In this document: piece by piece, positions 10,850 to 19,750 of the stretch
How positions within the stretch are numbered: position 1 is the first letter of the stretch
Layout of the letters: every line of letters starts with the position of its first letter
Position numbers and translations under genes: made by a program
DNA from: Methanosarcinales archaeon
GTDB taxonomy: Archaea > Halobacteriota > Methanosarcinia > Methanosarcinales > Methanocomedenaceae
Assembly (NCBI GenBank): GCA_030666885.1
Contig: DAOUWY010000001.1
Coordinates: forward strand, 1 to 27,867
Length of the DNA: 27,867 nucleotides
Reading direction: 5' to 3'
Notes under the pieces: generated by a model
Seen by the model: the letters and a program-made list of their open reading frames with translations, nothing else
The model's database searches: none
Told to the model about the DNA's origin: nothing

Positions 10850-10953
10850 TGGACCCGCTGGGACTCGAACCCAGGGCCTCTGCCTGTTTTGCGTAAGGTA
10901 CTTTCACACCCTCTGTTGCAAAGGCAGCGATCTTCCAACTGATCTACGAGCCC
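10850..10953 (-). tRNA. tRNA-Ala(UGC) with a 31-nt intron at 37/38 (intron 10886-10916); CCA not encoded
   Basis: GGGCTCG-TA-GATC-AGTTGGAA-GATC-G-CTGCC-TT-TGC-A[ACAGAGGGTGTGAAAGTACCTTACGCAAAAC]A-GGCAG-AGGCC-CTGGG-TTCGAGT-CCCAG-CGGGTCC-A. Spliced length 73 nt. BHB helix UUUG/CAAA with bulges CAA and ACA. Confidence 0.93.
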
Positions 10954-11046
10954 TCTGATATGTTTAGCTTACCAACATTAGTCAAACATTGGCGCACCAA
11001 CGGTATACATCAGTTGGCTTCGCAGCTATCGAATCATTTATATATT

Positions 11047-11081
11047 GTACTGGCAGTTTTTCGGCTTCTGATCGGCAGTGC
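11047..11081 (-). other. Pre-16S processing stem, 3' arm (BHB)
   Basis: RNA GCACUGCCGAUCAGAA-GCCG-AAA-AACUGCCAGUAC pairs with 12670-12704. Confidence 0.88.
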
Positions 11082-11109
11082 GTCCAGATCAAAGTCTGGG
11101 CGTTGCATT

Positions 11110-12581
<1,472 letters not shown>

Positions 12582-12669
12582 TGTTGATCACACACAAAGG
12601 AAATGATTTTTATCGGAATTTTTGGGTTTTGGTGTATTGTCCAATTAATTCCCGATAATGTATGTATAT

Positions 12670-12704
12670 ACACTACCGATCAGAATTAACCGAACTGCCA
12701 ATAC
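12670..12704 (-). other. Pre-16S processing stem, 5' arm (BHB)
   Basis: RNA GUAUUGGCAGUU-CGGU-UAA-UUCUGAUCGGUAGUGU; 4-bp helix CGGU/GCCG with bulges UAA and AAA. Confidence 0.88.
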
Positions 12705-12920
12705 TAACGTCGGACGAGAAAATTATATCTCGTCTCCATTTATGATTGTGCCAAGGTCGGAGAGCAACCCTTCACTTTCGGGATAATTCCCAAAATCCGG
12801 GTCGACGCCGGGAAATGACCTCGGCAAATAAGGTGGTGATAAATGAATGCAAATATTTTGCATTAGTCCCTTGCATGCGATTTTTAATCACACACAGGAC
12901 TTTTATATATCTACTCAATG

Positions 12921-12937
12921 GTATATAAGGCTTTTCT
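12921..12937 (-). promoter_or_regulatory. Putative rRNA operon promoter (BRE + TATA)
   Basis: Minus strand AGAAAAGCC-TTATATAC, about 340 nt upstream of the 16S start; a second TATATAAAA lies near 12901-12909. Confidence 0.5.
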
Positions 12938-14004
12938 CGCCCATCAAATGCGACATTTTCGCAATATAGATAATACCTGATATAGATAATCTCTCAGCAG
13001 GACTGGTATGGTATCCAGCCCAATTGAGCGAACCCCTACAATGGGGCATTCGTATATAACCATTGCGGTTATTCTGGTTTTTTTCCATTTTTTATAATGA
13101 AGACATTAGCTCGTTTTTTAACATATAGAAAATTATATACTTTCCCGGAGGATTAGGAAATGCGAATGAAGGGAGCATTTTCTTAAGATTTCCTTGTACA
13201 TTGTTTTGCACCTGCACTCCTGCAATTGTGAATTCACCTTACCGGCCGCGTGCCCGGATGCAGCAAATGCAGTAAGCAGGGCCGCGGTTTTCGTACTTGC
13301 ATCCGGTTTGCACCCGGCGCCAGGCTTACCGTCTGCGTCAAGACTGCCCACATGCTGCTTTTACGTGTTGATGGAGATGCGCCTCCGGGTGGGACACATT
13401 CTCCTGAGCAACCGCCGCCTGTTCGATTGCAGAGTAGACAGGGAATGCAGCTACGTCTGGAACAGTGGCTTCTACTACGCGCCATGGGCACAGTGTCAAT
13501 AATTGGAGACCAGCGGGTGCAAAAGCTGAAGATGCGAAAGCGTGTAATGTAATTATCCTTAAAATGATGTACTAACCCCGTTTTCACACAAAAACGACGC
13601 ACTAATCCTCCCACTTTTGTTATGAGCTCATACCCCCCATCCCCTGCCCGCCCTGCAACAGATTTATTGCAAATTGTACATTGATAATTTTGACAGATAC
13701 ATTTCACTATTAACTGTGTGCCGCACGCAGGGCACTTGCCCACATGCCTTCCTGAAATGTGCAATACCAATACTGGAACCACACTTTGTCTGCAAAGTTG
13801 AACCATACCTGAAAGAGGTACCTAAAGAGAAAAAAGCAGCAAATGCAATGCATGGCAGATCGGCGATAATGATAGATTAAAAACTGGGTCAGCCGTCGGG
13901 AGATAGGCCGTACATATCGGTTCATTTTCCAAAGCATACTTTCCTGCCAAACCAGATTACGAACAATTAATTACTACACATACTAATATACTATATGAGA
14001 AAAA

Positions 14005-14442
14005 ATGCCAGAATCACAGATAGAATTTGAAGTGGAAGCTCCTATAGAATCAGTATGGGGTCTGATGGCTGACCCGAAAATGAGTACTCATTGTATTCCA
14101 GGGCTGCTGTCATGTGAGATCACAGGACCCAATACCAACCTGTGGGTAATGGAGTTCCAGATAGGACCCATTATAAAACGGATCGAGATGCACAGTACCA
14201 CTGTTGAACTTGACCCGCCATACCATGGCAAATGGGTAGGCAAGGCAAAGGGTATCAGGATGAGCGGTGAGATCGATCTCAAAGAGAATACTAATTCCAG
14301 CACCATTGTATCCTATAAATTGACGCTGAAACCCAAAAGCATTTTTTTGTTATCCATGTTATCTTTTATCGAGGATAAACTGGAACGTGACGTTAAGCAG
14401 TACGCTGAGAATGTAAAGTACCATGTAGAAAAGAACATTTAA
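14005..14442 (+). CDS. SRPBCC/CoxG-family (START-like) ligand-binding protein
   Basis: IEFEVEAPIESVWGLMADP...CIPG N-terminal signature, beta-rich middle and a C-terminal helix. Confidence 0.8.
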   Translation: MPESQIEFEVEAPIESVWGLMADPKMSTHCIPGLLSCEITGPNTNLWVMEFQIGPIIKRIEMHSTTVELDPPYHGKWVGKAKGIRMSGEIDLKENTNSSTIVSYKLTLKPKSIFLLSMLSFIEDKLERDVKQYAENVKYHVEKNI

Positions 14443-14489
14443 TTTGAAAATAATACAGGTTATACCAGGTTTCAGGTGGTTCCAGGATT

Positions 14490-14942
14490 TTGTTACGAAA
14501 AGCCAGGATTGAAGATGTGCCGCAGATCAGGCAGTTGATCAATATATATGCCAGACAGGAGGTTATGCTGCCCCGGGCCATGGGAGAACTGTATGATTTG
14601 ATAAGGGACTTTCATGTTATCGAGGAGGATAGCAAGGTAATCGCCTGCTGCGCCCTGCATGTGACATGGGAGGATTATGCAGAGATTCTGTCCCTGGCCG
14701 TTGCCCCGGATAAGACAAGAAAGGGATACGGTTCCAGGATACTTGAAGCATGTCTTGAGGAGGTCCCGCAACTGGGGATCAGGCATGTGGTAACCCTGAC
14801 CTATGCAAGTGAGTTTTTTAAGCATCATGGATTCAAAGTGGTGGACAAATCTGTTCTCCCGCATAAACTGTGGAGCATGTGTGTGAATTGTCCGCGTTTT
14901 CCTGACTGCGATGAGATTGCAATGATGAAGGATATGGAATAA
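14490..14942 (+). CDS. GNAT N-acetyltransferase, short ArgA-like (amino-acid N-acetyltransferase) type
   Basis: LRKARIEDV..I..LIN.YA....MLPR....LY..IRDF.V; AEILSLAV.P....KGYGSRI acetyl-CoA motif; LP.KLWSMCVNCPRFPDCDEIAM tail. TTG start. Confidence 0.8.
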   Translation: MLRKARIEDVPQIRQLINIYARQEVMLPRAMGELYDLIRDFHVIEEDSKVIACCALHVTWEDYAEILSLAVAPDKTRKGYGSRILEACLEEVPQLGIRHVVTLTYASEFFKHHGFKVVDKSVLPHKLWSMCVNCPRFPDCDEIAMMKDME

Positions 14943-14970
14943 TAATAATATCTGGGGTTAATTTAATAAC

Positions 14971-15411
14971 ATGGACTATACACAAGGAAAACTGGGCCGT
15001 GTTTTCGTTGCCCGTATCGATCATGAAGAAGACCTGCTGTCTGAACTGGAAGACCTGGCTGTTAATGAGGATATCAGGTCGGCCTTCTTTTTCTTACTCG
15101 GTGCAACCGGTGGTGCCAGTGTAGTAACCGGACCAAAAGAAAAATGTATACCCCCGGAGATTACCAGGACACAGGTCCACAATGCCAGTGAAATAATGGG
15201 TGTGGGCAACATTTTCCGGGAGGACGGCAAACCCAAGATACATATCCATGCATCAACATGCAGCGGCAGCGATATCGTTATGGGGTGCTTTAGGGAGTTC
15301 ACAGAGGTCTTTATGGTAATAGAGATTGTGATATTCGAGATCGAAGGTATCGTAGCTGAGAGGGTGTTTGATGAGATTATCGGTTTTTCACCTGTGAGAT
15401 TCTATGGGTGA
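14971..15411 (+). CDS. PPC/DUF296 domain protein
   Basis: GRVFVARIDHEEDLL..L..LA....IRSA....LGA; EI.GVGNI...DGKPKIHIHAS (HxH); GCF.....VF..IEI.I.E. Confidence 0.85.
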   Translation: MDYTQGKLGRVFVARIDHEEDLLSELEDLAVNEDIRSAFFFLLGATGGASVVTGPKEKCIPPEITRTQVHNASEIMGVGNIFREDGKPKIHIHASTCSGSDIVMGCFREFTEVFMVIEIVIFEIEGIVAERVFDEIIGFSPVRFYG

Positions 15412-15426
15412 AAAAACACAACTGTG

Positions 15427-15562
15427 GTATCCACTTCAAATTTGTTGGCATTACTACAGAGTGACGACACACACCACCGGACAATAATCGCTACTGATGC
15501 TGTAATCGACAATTTGGTATGATTGCATTTTTCCAATTTACCCTTAGATTTGAAGTGGATAC
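15427..15562. mobile_element. MITE-like 136-bp segment bounded by perfect 15-bp inverted repeats
   Basis: GTATCCACTTCAAAT (15427-15441) and ATTTGAAGTGGATAC (15548-15562). No coding capacity and no clear target-site duplication. Confidence 0.45.
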
Positions 15563-15576
15563 GTAAAACATGTTTC

Positions 15577-16683
15577 TCAAAGCGTCTGTTTACCTAACTC
15601 AGCAACAGTTGCGCCAATTAAAACAGCATCTTGCTTGCCTGACCGGGTACTTTTGACAGTTGAACCAGCATTCTTTGTAGCTACAATGGTTACAGGGCCT
15701 GTGCTTCTTGAAGTCACATCTGGAAAAGTTATGTCCTGCTTACTGAAAAACAGTCCTGCTACCCGAAGCTTCTTACCTTGTTGTAGTTTATCCTGTAGCT
15801 TCGATGCAAGTTCAGGGTTTACTGATGCTGTTACCTTTGGATTAAGAGCAACATAAATGCCAGTCAGGATGCAACGTAGTAGACCGTTTTCCCCAAAAAA
15901 CCATGTGGTTATTTCAGGGTCAACCGCTAACTTTTTACTTCCAGCATACCCACGTTTATATGGACCTTTTGCGTTTATTTCGACGACACTACTATTATAC
16001 CAGTTAGCCGGACTTATTTCAATATAGCCCCACGCATCAGCGTATATTTCTACATACTTGCATTGACCCTGACTCAAAGGTAATGGAGTTTCGTCTGGAA
16101 AACTCCCCCCACCCATTCCGAAAAGTGTTAGTTCATTCTGTTTGTCAGCTTTCTCTCCAACGCTTTCGAGATTCACACGGACCTTGCCAGCAGTTGACGA
16201 ACCACTGCTTACACTTGCAGTCCACTGGGCAGGAAACTGGGAAACATTCCAGGCAGGTTCTAATTGTTTATCAGACTGTCCGTATAACACCAAAGTGTAA
16301 TTCTTCTGATTACTTAAATCACTCCTTGCTTTTTCAACCGCATCTACATTATCCAGAGCGTTGAGAAAGCCTTCATACATATCACTAAATTTGGTTCCAG
16401 ACCTGCTGTAAAGTATTGATTTTAATGGCGAGTCTGGCATCCATGCGCAGAATTTGAATAGTTCAGCAGAGCTTGTGCCAAGAGAATCTGTAGGCCAGTT
16501 CCATGGCTCGCAAGGTACAAGTAATTGCATTTTTGCCAGTGTCAAAGGCATTATAGTCCTATTTCGAGTAGTCCTAATGGCTTTAGAGCTGATTTCTGCC
16601 TCGATCAATTCTAATGCCTGTGAAATCTGTATAGTCATGGTTCCACTTCTAGTAAGGTCAGACTTAGCTATTTTCCTGTTCAT
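15577..16683 (-). CDS. Hypothetical protein B, paralog of 16800-18083; putative accessory subunit of a beta-pore-forming pair
   Basis: 368-aa ORF (alternative start MTIQ at 16638). Collinear shared motifs with protein A: QL..P...W.WPT, Y..SG......Y...L, I.P..W.N, FGE.GLL.....G......P, and a terminal I/M-G strand. Confidence 0.8.
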   Translation of the reverse strand: MNRKIAKSDLTRSGTMTIQISQALELIEAEISSKAIRTTRNRTIMPLTLAKMQLLVPCEPWNWPTDSLGTSSAELFKFCAWMPDSPLKSILYSRSGTKFSDMYEGFLNALDNVDAVEKARSDLSNQKNYTLVLYGQSDKQLEPAWNVSQFPAQWTASVSSGSSTAGKVRVNLESVGEKADKQNELTLFGMGGGSFPDETPLPLSQGQCKYVEIYADAWGYIEISPANWYNSSVVEINAKGPYKRGYAGSKKLAVDPEITTWFFGENGLLRCILTGIYVALNPKVTASVNPELASKLQDKLQQGKKLRVAGLFFSKQDITFPDVTSRSTGPVTIVATKNAGSTVKSTRSGKQDAVLIGATVAELGKQTL

Positions 16684-16769
16684 ACTGGATCAAAAAAAGG
16701 GGAATAGAACCTCTTCTCACCATTAAGCTTGTAGGAAGCGGTCCCCTTAGTATTTTCCAGTACTCTCAT
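16680..16769 (-). CDS. Possible 29-aa peptide MRVLENTKGTASYKLNGEKRFYSPFFDPV
   Basis: Preceded by AGGAAGGA; its TGA overlaps the ATG at 16683 (ATGA). Below the ORF-track size cutoff. Confidence 0.3.
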   Translation of the reverse strand: MRVLENTKGTASYKLNGEKRFYSPFFDPV

Positions 16770-16799
16770 TCCTTCCTGTATCAGTAAAGTTTACCTGAT

Positions 16800-18083
16800 T
16801 CAGGATAACCCCGGTTGTGTTGTAAGTACTCCCATTATAAAGGGGTACTTAGCTGTCGACTGTCCCTTGAAAGTAGTAGATGACGAATCTTTCCGAATGG
16901 TATTTGATTCGTGTCCCCCACTTCCTCCAAACCTGAACGGACCAATCCGAATACCACCACTTGCTTCATACTTCTCGTAGTGCTGCTTGTATGTACTGGA
17001 ATTCATCTTTATCTCAAATGAGGGTTGATATCCGGCAATAAGACCCACCACTTCCAAAGGAAGAAGCCCCCCTTCTCCGAAGACTGGAGAAGAACCACCT
17101 GTCGGAGTCCATGGACTGAAGAAATTACCCTGTCCCTTAAGGGTTTTCATGTATCCACCATTGAACCATATTCCGGGCTCTATGGTTACTAACGTCGTTG
17201 TAAGGTCAATCTTTGCAGTCACTGATTCGTCTGACTGGTCAATATCCCATTTTTGCCAGGATCCTCCAGCGCTTATTCCCCAGAAGAAACGGTTGTAGCT
17301 TACGTTGCCTCCTGCCCAGGATTTCGAGAAATCGTAACTCCCTTTGCTCTGGCTGACCTCGATTTGTACTTTATTACCTCCACCTTTTGAAAGCAGGTTT
17401 ATCCAATCCTGTCCACTTGATGTGCTCATTATAAACGAAGGTGCTGAGACAAGTTTACCATCACCCTGATCTACTGTCGTCCATCCATCCTTGGGTTTGT
17501 TGATGTTTTCTGGTGGTGTAGCCGCATCTAATGCCTGGGTTAACTCCGGACTTTCCTGACCGAAAGCCTGTGAATAGTTACGCTGTCTTATTGCAATTTC
17601 ATCACTATCCTTTTGCAGGGTTCCAGCCCAGCCACTATCAACCTCCCATTTTCCCCATTCCGGCGCTGGGACCCCTGGAGGGAGACTATCGTTTGCAAGA
17701 ACCCAGGCATGGTTCCTGGAAGTCACATCATTCTGGCGCTGGTTCTGAGCTGTTACTAGCAGATTATGTGCATCAGTTACCGCTTGTTGGATATCAGGCG
17801 GGATTGTGGGGTCTACTTGTTGCAGAACCTGCTGATATGAGTTACACAACGTACTTCCAGACGGATCATATTGCCCAATGGCTGACCACTGGGGTACAGA
17901 GTTCACGATGTTCAATGCTGCTGGTGCTATCTGGCCCGAAGGTGCAGTGGGCCACCACCAGTCAAGGTACGGGTAAATCAACTGGAAATTGCCCTTGCCC
18001 CCAAGGACACTTGACAAGATTTGCTCGTATGTTTGACCAAACAATTTGTCTTCCTTACTTACTTCTGTCTTGTTCATTTTCAT
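16800..18083 (-). CDS. Hypothetical protein A, putative beta-pore-forming protein with two amphipathic Gly/aromatic hairpins
   Basis: 427-aa ORF with GAGGA RBS. Segments SWAGGNVSYNRFFWGISAGGSW and YEASGGIRIGPFRFGGSGGHES show alternating-face beta-hairpin patterns. No signal peptide or TM helix. Function is inferred. Confidence 0.8.
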   Translation of the reverse strand: MKMNKTEVSKEDKLFGQTYEQILSSVLGGKGNFQLIYPYLDWWWPTAPSGQIAPAALNIVNSVPQWSAIGQYDPSGSTLCNSYQQVLQQVDPTIPPDIQQAVTDAHNLLVTAQNQRQNDVTSRNHAWVLANDSLPPGVPAPEWGKWEVDSGWAGTLQKDSDEIAIRQRNYSQAFGQESPELTQALDAATPPENINKPKDGWTTVDQGDGKLVSAPSFIMSTSSGQDWINLLSKGGGNKVQIEVSQSKGSYDFSKSWAGGNVSYNRFFWGISAGGSWQKWDIDQSDESVTAKIDLTTTLVTIEPGIWFNGGYMKTLKGQGNFFSPWTPTGGSSPVFGEGGLLPLEVVGLIAGYQPSFEIKMNSSTYKQHYEKYEASGGIRIGPFRFGGSGGHESNTIRKDSSSTTFKGQSTAKYPFIMGVLTTQPGLS

Positions 18084-18441
18084 ACTAATTCCTCGTGGGT
18101 TTTCCGCAGGGATTTCAGTTGATGCTGATATATTTTTATTTTAACTTTTTTTTAAAGCCTTGCTGAAAATCCATCATAATCATGTATTTCATGTGTAATA
18201 AATTTAATTAACGTAATACTTTTTATTATTTTCTTGGTATTAATTATTACTTATTATTTATCAACACATATTTATTTCATAAACTATATTAGCGATCCTT
18301 GCATTTCCAGAAACAAGTCAAACGTTGCGCCAGCACACCCAACCACAGTAAAGCTGGAGGTACAATTATTAATATTAAAAAGTCTCAAAACTGTTAGCGA
18401 TATATTTTTATCATATCAGGGAATGTAGATTGTACCTCAAT

Positions 18442-18552
18442 GCCCAGGTGGCCTAGTCGGTTAGGGCGCCAGACTCATAGGGAAATTACAATGAGCGTCT
18501 TATGGTCTCCTGAGAAATCTGGAGGTCACGGGTTCGGATCCCGTCCTGGGCA
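18442..18552 (+). tRNA. Elongator tRNA-Met(CAU) with a 37-nt intron at 37/38 (intron 18480-18516)
   Basis: GCCCAGG-TG-GCCT-AGTCGGTTA-GGGC-G-CCAGA-CT-CAT-A[intron]A-TCTGG-AGGTC-ACGGG-TTCGGAT-CCCGT-CCTGGGC-A. BHB helix CUCA/UGAG. G1-C72 acceptor stem, so not the initiator. Confidence 0.93.
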
Positions 18553-18554
18553 TA

Positions 18555-18561
18555 TTTTTTT
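18555..18561 (+). terminator. Oligo-T terminator after tRNA-Met
   Basis: T7 run 2 nt after the discriminator base. Confidence 0.55.
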
Positions 18562-18759
18562 ATAATCAAGAAACTATCCGGCAATTCAAAATTTCGGGTG
18601 AAAGAAGGCAAAATATTGCTTTAAATCAAACTATGAATTATTTTATCAGTCACAGTAAAAGTTAGACAGCCTATGTACTGTGCAATTGTAAAGTATTATG
18701 TTTACCTGAATTCAATAACACTTTGAAAAGACAGGATAACATGGAGATAACAAGATAAC

Positions 18760-19488
18760 ATGAAGATTTCTGAAATAACAGGATTCCTTGAGAAGATAGC
18801 TCCACTTGAACTAGCTGATGAATCGGACAGGGGCAGGATCGGTTTAATACTTGACCTGGATAATGAGATCAATAAGATTGCAACTGCCCTGGATGTTACC
18901 GACCATGTGCTTCAGGAGGCTGCCCGGGCCGGTGCTGACCTGCTTGTGGCCCACCATACCCCAATATATGAACCTGTCAACCATATCTCAAAAACCCTGG
19001 CCGATACCCTGAAGATCGCACTGGACAACGAAATATCGATCTATGTGATGCATACCAACTATGACAGCGCACCCGGTGGGGTCAACGATGTACTAGCCGA
19101 ATTACTGGAACTATCTGAAGTAAGAACTGCCGGCCTGGGCAGGATCGGAAATGTTGCCCCTACAGATACGGAAAAACTTGCAGGATTTACAGCCAGGCGG
19201 CTGGATACCCATGTGACGTATGTAGGAGATCATGAAATTGAGACTGTAATGGTCATGGGAGGCAGTGGACTTAAAAGTGAATATATCGAGATGGCACTGG
19301 ACGTGGGAGCTGATGCCTTTATTTCAGCCGAGATGCATCACAATGTAATCCCATATGCCAGGTACATATCGTTAATAGATGCAACCCACTACGCAACTGA
19401 AAATCCGGCTATGTTAAAACTTGTTGGAAGGCTTCCTGTTGAATCCTTATTCATTGACCACAGGCCGCATGTACACGTGATTGTTTAA
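18760..19488 (+). CDS. NIF3/YbgI-family dinuclear metal-center protein
   Basis: LEKIAPLELA...D..GL, ALDVT..V...A....ADLLVAHH, YVMHTNYD.A.GGVND.LA, GGSG, SAEMHH, IDATHYATE. Confidence 0.92.
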   Translation: MKISEITGFLEKIAPLELADESDRGRIGLILDLDNEINKIATALDVTDHVLQEAARAGADLLVAHHTPIYEPVNHISKTLADTLKIALDNEISIYVMHTNYDSAPGGVNDVLAELLELSEVRTAGLGRIGNVAPTDTEKLAGFTARRLDTHVTYVGDHEIETVMVMGGSGLKSEYIEMALDVGADAFISAEMHHNVIPYARYISLIDATHYATENPAMLKLVGRLPVESLFIDHRPHVHVIV

Positions 19489-19710
19489 TTTCCGGTCGTT
19501 AATCCGCCCCACAAAATCACTCTGACTACACGACCCCACCCCGACATCGGCTATGCACCATTTGATAGAGTCCCGAACACTCCACCGTCGGAAATAAAAA
19601 GTCCCGCATAATTAGCTTCATTACCTCAAGAGCAATCTATGAAATAATTGAACAGTGCCGTGACTATAAAATATTATCAACAAATTCGAGCTATGTTATA
19701 AATTTAATTA

Positions 19711-19742
19711 ACAAGTAACTCTTATTACAAGTAACTCTTATT
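19711..19742 (+). repeat. Perfect 16-bp tandem duplication (ACAAGTAACTCTTATT x2)
   Basis: 19711-19726 and 19727-19742, between a TATA-like TTATAAAT (19696-19703) and the ATG at 19751. Confidence 0.9.
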
Positions 19743-19750
19743 ATACCAAT

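Noticed and set aside
13200-13560. RNase P RNA or SRP (7S) RNA next to the rRNA operon
   Set aside because: Conserved P4 (GAGGAA.NUCC / ACAGAA...GCUU) and SRP helix 8 (GGAAGG.AGCAG) motifs not found on either strand.
17531-18088. 185-aa plus-strand ORF antisense to protein A (and similar antisense ORFs over feoB, AOR and the GH15-like gene)
   Set aside because: Shadow frames of well-supported genes with no family motifs.
18480-18516. tRNA-Met intron as a novelty
   Set aside because: A 37/38 intron in elongator tRNA-Met is common in Euryarchaeota.
18442-18552. tRNA-Met as the integration site of the putative toxin island
   Set aside because: The island lies on the 5' side of the tRNA, no duplicated tRNA end was found near 15411-15577, and there is no integrase.
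18760-19488. HcgD ([Fe]-hydrogenase cofactor biosynthesis) assignment for the NIF3 gene
   Set aside because: No hcg or hmd genes nearby; generic NIF3 homologs are near-universal.
19490-19620. C-rich intergenic tract after NIF3 as an sRNA or MITE
   Set aside because: No convincing terminal repeats, C/D boxes or stable stem found by eye.
19711-19742. CRISPR array or mini-array
   Set aside because: Two abutting 16-bp copies with no spacer; no cas genes or 24-40-bp spaced repeats seen in the window.
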